Origin: Thermotogota bacterium
GTDB lineage: Bacteria > Thermotogota > Thermotogae > Petrotogales > Petrotogaceae
DNA: 12,614 nucleotides
Reading direction: 5' to 3'
NCBI GenBank assembly: GCA_051748045.1
Contig: JBNJGY010000020.1
Location: 22,195-34,808 of the forward strand
In this document: piece by piece, positions 8,396 to 12,614 of the stretch
How the letters are laid out: each line of letters starts with the position of its first letter
How positions within the stretch are numbered: position 1 is the first letter of the stretch
The notes under the pieces: generated by a model
The model's input: only the letters and a program-made list of their open reading frames with translations
Told to the model about the DNA's origin: nothing
The model's database searches: none
Program-made: the position numbers and the translations under genes

Positions 8396-10054
8396 ATGAA
8401 AACAAACTTAGATAAAATAATATATGGTATTAGTCAAGGGTTAAAACCAGATATATTAAAAACAATTGTAGCTTTAAAAAGTGGAGATGAATACATTCAG
8501 ATTAGTATATACGATGGATTAACAAATAGTATAAGAGATGATCAAGAAGGCATAACATTTACTTTAAATGAGAAAATGGATAAAATAATATATGAAAATG
8601 ATTTTTTCTCTAGAGAGATTAATGTAGAAGATTATAGAAATGAATTCTGGTGGATACTATCTGAGCTAAGACAAAAAGAAGTCAGTTTATATATAAGACC
8701 AATTTTTAAACCTCTTATTAACAGACAAGAGCAAATAGGAATAATAATATTCATTTCTTTAAACAACTTAACAACAAAAATGAACGAAATGCTAGAAAAA
8801 GAATTTGACTTAATTCAAGAATCAACGTTTGATATTTTTGAAAAATATGAAAAGAACAATATTATTAAAGTTTTTATAAATAGCATGGTTCATATATTAA
8901 AGCATGACCATCCAGAGATATACGAACATTCACTCAGAACAGCAGATTTGGCAACTTTAATTGCAAGATCTATGGATTTAAAAAATGATGATATAGAAAA
9001 ATTAAGAAATGCAGCGATAATTCATGATTTTGGATTAATTTTTATTGGAGATACTCGTTTCAAATCTAAATCAAATATAAAAGAGCTTGAAAAAGATTTA
9101 TATAGTTTACATACTGATAAATTAAAAGAAATCTTTCAAAATAATCCATACATGAAAGATGTTTTGGAAATTGCTTATAAACATCATGAAAAAGCAAATA
9201 GGGAAGGGTATTATGGTCTTGGTGAAGAGGACTTATCCTTAGTTGAAAACATCTTGATAATTTCAAACAAATTTGACAATTTATTTTATAATGAAAAAGA
9301 GAAAAAATCTGTAAAAGAAGTTCTAAACGATATGCAAAATATGGCAAACAAAAAAGATATTAGTGAGGATGTTTTTGAGAACTCTAAAGAAATAATATCT
9401 TCTTTTTATGGAGGATATTTAAAATTATCCTCTATAACTTCAATAGGTGTATCAAAAGATATACACGTTCAAGATCCAGTAAAAAAACAACAAATGCATA
9501 AAGCTGAAATTATAAGTTCCATAGGAAATTTAATAGTTATAAATTTTGAAAAAGATCCAGAATTTTATTTAGGTAGAAATTTAATTTTTATCTCTGATAT
9601 TGGGGGATTAGTAGAGAAGTTCAAAGCAAAAATAATATCAAAAACCAAAAATAATTATACATTACTTATCAAGCCAAAACAAAAAAATAGGAATGATTCT
9701 TTAAAAATATTTTGGAATTCAGAAGCTTCAATATATAAAATGCCAATCGAGATAGATGATTTTGAAAACATGAATTTAGAAAAAAATTTAGAGGGTAAAG
9801 TCTTGATAAGAAAACTTGGTGGAGGAGAATTATCTTTTTTATCAGAAGAAAAATTTATTAATGGTGATAAAAAAATAATCTTTTTTAAATATAAAGGAGA
9901 AAAAGTATATATACCAGGAATATTAAATGCCAAAATAAAAGAAGGTGAAAAAACAATTTATTTCTTAGATTATTTAGAGATGAATGATAAATATTCAAGA
10001 AAAATTTATCAGGCAATATTCAAAAAACAAATAGATATGAAAATGAAATTATAA
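8396..10054 (+). CDS. GAF-like / degenerate HD-GYP / YcgR-PilZ-like fusion protein
   Basis: Central HD-GYP-like domain (YEHSLRTA, AAIIHDFG, HHEKANREGYY, ILIISNKFD). The C-terminal ~200 aa look like PilZN+PilZ (KNRNDSLK; IRKLGGGELSF; terminal KIYQAIFKKQ). An AAGGAG RBS overlaps the end of the kinase gene. Confidence 0.72.
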   Translation: MKTNLDKIIYGISQGLKPDILKTIVALKSGDEYIQISIYDGLTNSIRDDQEGITFTLNEKMDKIIYENDFFSREINVEDYRNEFWWILSELRQKEVSLYIRPIFKPLINRQEQIGIIIFISLNNLTTKMNEMLEKEFDLIQESTFDIFEKYEKNNIIKVFINSMVHILKHDHPEIYEHSLRTADLATLIARSMDLKNDDIEKLRNAAIIHDFGLIFIGDTRFKSKSNIKELEKDLYSLHTDKLKEIFQNNPYMKDVLEIAYKHHEKANREGYYGLGEEDLSLVENILIISNKFDNLFYNEKEKKSVKEVLNDMQNMANKKDISEDVFENSKEIISSFYGGYLKLSSITSIGVSKDIHVQDPVKKQQMHKAEIISSIGNLIVINFEKDPEFYLGRNLIFISDIGGLVEKFKAKIISKTKNNYTLLIKPKQKNRNDSLKIFWNSEASIYKMPIEIDDFENMNLEKNLEGKVLIRKLGGGELSFLSEEKFINGDKKIIFFKYKGEKVYIPGILNAKIKEGEKTIYFLDYLEMNDKYSRKIYQAIFKKQIDMKMKL

Positions 10055-10066
10055 AGGGGTGAAAAC

Positions 10067-10438
10067 ATGAATAAACCAATTTATATTATAGAAGATTATG
10101 ACTTAGATTTTGAAATAATAAAAAAAGAAATGAAAGAAAACAATGTGATGAATAAAATAGTACGTTTTAAAAATGCTGAAGATGCATTGCAAGATTTAAA
10201 AGGTGGCGGTGAGCCTTCCATTATACTTTTAGACATAATGTTGCCAGAAATGACTGGCATAGAATTTTTAAAAAACGCAAAAGAAAAAAACCTCTTAAAA
10301 AAAATAAAAGTAATAGTACTGACACAAAATGAAGAAGATAAAAATAGAATAGATTCTTTCAACCTTGGTGCTGTGGGCTATATGGAAAAACCTTTTGATA
10401 TTTACGATTTTAGAAGCATTCTGAGATCAAACTCATAA
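10067..10438 (+). CDS. Single-domain response regulator (Rcp1-like/CheY superfamily)
   Basis: IYIIED, ILLDIMLP (phosphoacceptor D56), VIVLT, LGAVGYMEKP. No output domain. AAGGGGTG RBS. Confidence 0.92.
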   Translation: MNKPIYIIEDYDLDFEIIKKEMKENNVMNKIVRFKNAEDALQDLKGGGEPSIILLDIMLPEMTGIEFLKNAKEKNLLKKIKVIVLTQNEEDKNRIDSFNLGAVGYMEKPFDIYDFRSILRSNS

Positions 10439-10460
10439 TAAAGTTAAAACTAATCAATAG

Positions 10461-10503
10461 AAATAACCATTTTATATTTTTTTATAAAATGGTTATTTTT
10501 TTT
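10461..10503 (+). terminator. Intrinsic terminator after the pcm-kinase-HD/PilZ-REC operon
   Basis: Perfect 16-bp inverted repeat AAATAACCATTTTATA (10461-10476) / TATAAAATGGTTATTT (10483-10498) with a 6-nt loop and a T-run, 22 nt after the stop. The stem is AT-rich. Confidence 0.7.
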
Positions 10504-10576
10504 ATTTTGTAAAATATTTGATGTTAGTTTAAATGATATTAACATATCAAAACCTATTTTTAAGGGCTTTTTAAAG

Positions 10577-10606
10577 TTATCAATGTCAAAGAAAATGTTA
10601 TATAAT
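10577..10606 (+). promoter_or_regulatory. Putative sigma70-type promoter for the HTH-protein gene
   Basis: TTATCA (10577-10582), 18 nt, TATAAT (10601-10606), about 60 nt upstream of the RBS-supported ATG at 10668. The AT-rich background lowers specificity. Confidence 0.35.
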
Positions 10607-10667
10607 GTATATACAGGTTACTTATTTTATATCTTACAATGACTTTTATGTTAAAAGAAGGGGTTTA

Positions 10668-12152
10668 ATGATAAAAATTATTTATATATTAAGGTTAATT
10701 AACAAATATTCTAGTTTAAGTTTAAATTACTTAAAATATATTTCCAAAAAAACAAATGGAGATTTAAATTTTTTTGTTTGTGTAGTTATTTTATCTTATG
10801 AAAAAAAACACAAAGAAATAATAGACAAAACTTTAAAAATAGAAAAAATTAAAAAAACATCATTATTTTATCCTCTTAAAGCATTAAGGATGAAAGCGTT
10901 GTTTTATAACAATAGTAGAAAATATATAACATTATATAACCTTTTACATAAAAACATACATAAGATGACTTTAGAAGCAAGGTATTTTGTTGAAATTATA
11001 ATGAAAGAAATAGAAACTAAATCAAGAAAGATAAAAACATCAAAATTATTATTAAATATAGAAAAAGATTACTATATGCAACCATATAAGTATTATTATC
11101 TAGGAATTATATCTTATAAAGAAAAAGATTATATTTCATCAAAAGACAATTTGTTAAAAAGCTTAGAAATATCAATAAAAATACCAAATCCTGATATTTC
11201 TATAGAATCTCTTTTAGTTCTATATAAAATAACAAAATATGATAAATATTTTTATAAAGCTTTGGAACTGGTTTTTTATTATTTTGACTTAAATCATAAG
11301 ATGTTTAGATACTATGATCATTATATAAAAAGAATAAAAGATAAAGAACTGAAAAAAATTAATGTATATTTAAGTAAAAAAATTAAACACCAAACATTAA
11401 ATATTCTGTTTAATAAAAAGAATTATCCTAATGAATTAAACTTGAAAAAAGATTTTGATATAAAAAAACCAATTTATAAGTTTTCTCAAAGAATAGGAAT
11501 ATCAAGAGCAACACTTTCAAATATAGAAAATAAAAGAGTGAAAAAAATAAGTTCTCAAACAGTAAAAAAATTGATGACATTCTTTGTTGGTAAAAAATTT
11601 AATTATATTGTACATAGCGAAATGGTAAAAGATTTTATAGATGTAAATAGAATAGAATATGATGAAAAAAAGGTTAGAAGATATTTAAGTTTTTATTTGG
11701 CTATGGTTTTTTTCTCTCAAGATTATAATTTACTAACAAAAGAAACAATAAATTTACTGAATAATAATTTGAATTATAATAATCATAACTTAGGTATTTT
11801 AGAGATAGCTTTCATTAACTATATTGAAAAAACCCCTTCGTTGAATGGGATTTTTAAAATATATACAGATTTTTTAAATGGTTTTGCTCTAGAAGATTTA
11901 AAACATTATTTTAAAATATTTTTTAAATTAGATAATAAAGAAAAAACACTCATTACTAAATTTGTTAGAAACATAATAAGATATAGAGCTTTAGATGTAA
12001 AAATAAAAATTGATTATAAGATACCACAATTTTCAAATTTTAAAATATTGAGTCACCTAAATCTTCAAGAAGATTATTTATATAAGGCATATAGCTTACT
12101 CGAAGATGAAGAAAAAAATATTTTATTAGATATTGTTTCAAAAAAATTTTAA
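10668..12152 (+). CDS. Helical-repeat (TPR-like) protein with internal XRE-type helix-turn-helix
   Basis: The ORF track begins at 10605, but in-frame ATG 10668 follows AGAAGGGG. It has a TPR-like segment YYYLGIISYKEKDYISSKDNLLKSLEI and an XRE/HTH_3 pattern IYKFSQRIGISRATLSNIENKRVKKISSQTVKKL (nt ~11472-11575). Very Lys/Tyr/Ile-rich. Confidence 0.65.
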   Translation: MIKIIYILRLINKYSSLSLNYLKYISKKTNGDLNFFVCVVILSYEKKHKEIIDKTLKIEKIKKTSLFYPLKALRMKALFYNNSRKYITLYNLLHKNIHKMTLEARYFVEIIMKEIETKSRKIKTSKLLLNIEKDYYMQPYKYYYLGIISYKEKDYISSKDNLLKSLEISIKIPNPDISIESLLVLYKITKYDKYFYKALELVFYYFDLNHKMFRYYDHYIKRIKDKELKKINVYLSKKIKHQTLNILFNKKNYPNELNLKKDFDIKKPIYKFSQRIGISRATLSNIENKRVKKISSQTVKKLMTFFVGKKFNYIVHSEMVKDFIDVNRIEYDEKKVRRYLSFYLAMVFFSQDYNLLTKETINLLNNNLNYNNHNLGILEIAFINYIEKTPSLNGIFKIYTDFLNGFALEDLKHYFKIFFKLDNKEKTLITKFVRNIIRYRALDVKIKIDYKIPQFSNFKILSHLNLQEDYLYKAYSLLEDEEKNILLDIVSKKF

Positions 12153-12176
12153 TACTTGACGAGGAGGATGGTTCTA

Positions 12177-12614
12177 ATGAAAAATCTTAGTATGATGATG
12201 AAATTGCTAGTTGTGTTTCTAGTTACAGGTCTTATTCCTATTTTGTCTATTGTTATAATATCTGGAGTTATAACAAGTAATAGAATGAGCGAAGAAGTTG
12301 TTTCAAAAATACATAATTTCGGAACCCTAACAAGCTCTCAGTTAACTGCTTTTTTTGAAGAAAGAATAGGTGATATCAAAGTAATAGCAGAAAATCAATC
12401 TATAAACAATTTATTGAGTGAATATTTAGTGGATAAAGAATCAGAAAAGTTTAATAATATTTATAATAATATTGGGGCTTTATCAAGACAAATTGAAGAA
12501 TCTTATGGATATGACAATCTTTTTGTTTTAGACAATAATGGTAATGCCATATTTTCTGAAAAATATAAAAATTATGTTGAAGGGGTGGACTTTTCACAGA
12601 GAGATTATTTTAAA
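12177..12614 (+). CDS. N-terminal part of a dCache-domain membrane receptor, probably a methyl-accepting chemotaxis protein (runs off the window)
   Basis: Absent from the ORF track because there is no stop in the window. Strong GAGGAGG RBS (12161-12167). My translation is MKNLSMMMKLLVVFLVTGLIPILSIVIISG..FFEERIGDIKVIA..YGYDNLFVLDNNGNAIFS..GVDFSQRDYFK: an N-terminal TM, a long helix and a dCache_1-type DxSxRxYF motif. Open for 146 codons. The output domain is not visible. Confidence 0.8.
   Translation, partial: MKNLSMMMKLLVVFLVTGLIPILSIVIISGVITSNRMSEEVVSKIHNFGTLTSSQLTAFFEERIGDIKVIAENQSINNLLSEYLVDKESEKFNNIYNNIGALSRQIEESYGYDNLFVLDNNGNAIFSEKYKNYVEGVDFSQRDYFK

Noticed and set aside
6815-10362. Minus-strand ORFs 6815-7021, 6840-7043, 7382-7627, 7713-7919, 7932-8147, 9066-9347, 9655-9933 and 10096-10362
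   Set aside because: They are antisense shadows of the kinase, HD/PilZ and REC genes with no recognisable domains.
10533-10574. 13-codon ORF MILTYQNLFLRAF as a possible signalling peptide for the TPR-HTH protein
   Set aside because: It has no RBS and no signal-peptide character, and ORFs this short are expected by chance.
1-12614. CRISPR array, tRNA/rRNA, IS element, prophage or anti-phage defence system
   Set aside because: I found no regularly spaced repeats, structured GC-rich RNA segments, or transposase, integrase, nuclease or NTPase motifs. The HD domains are HD-GYP type, not Cas3 or dNTPase type.

Overview
Very AT-rich bacterial window that is almost entirely signal transduction. The composition, GGRGTG-type RBSs and gene families suggest a low-GC anaerobe such as Petrotogales/Thermotogota or Halanaerobiales; this is inference only. 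The leftward operon encodes a 1013-aa MEDS-PAS-coiled coil-GAF-like-HD-GYP-PAS-PAS phosphodiesterase, a membrane GGDEF diguanylate cyclase and a DUF5362-like membrane protein, and ends in a perfect 13-bp hairpin terminator. The divergent rightward operon encodes pcm (protein-L-isoaspartate O-methyltransferase), an unorthodox hybrid histidine kinase (about 6 TM-GAF-HisKA-HATPase-REC-HPt), a GAF-like/degenerate HD-GYP/YcgR-PilZ-like fusion and a stand-alone Rcp-like receiver, followed by a hairpin terminator. Next come an orphan helical-repeat protein with an internal XRE helix-turn-helix and the 5' part of a dCache-type membrane receptor, probably a chemoreceptor. The most interesting elements are the pcm-phosphorelay-HD/PilZ operon and the overall c-di-GMP make/break/read cluster. 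I saw no RNA genes, CRISPR arrays or mobile elements.
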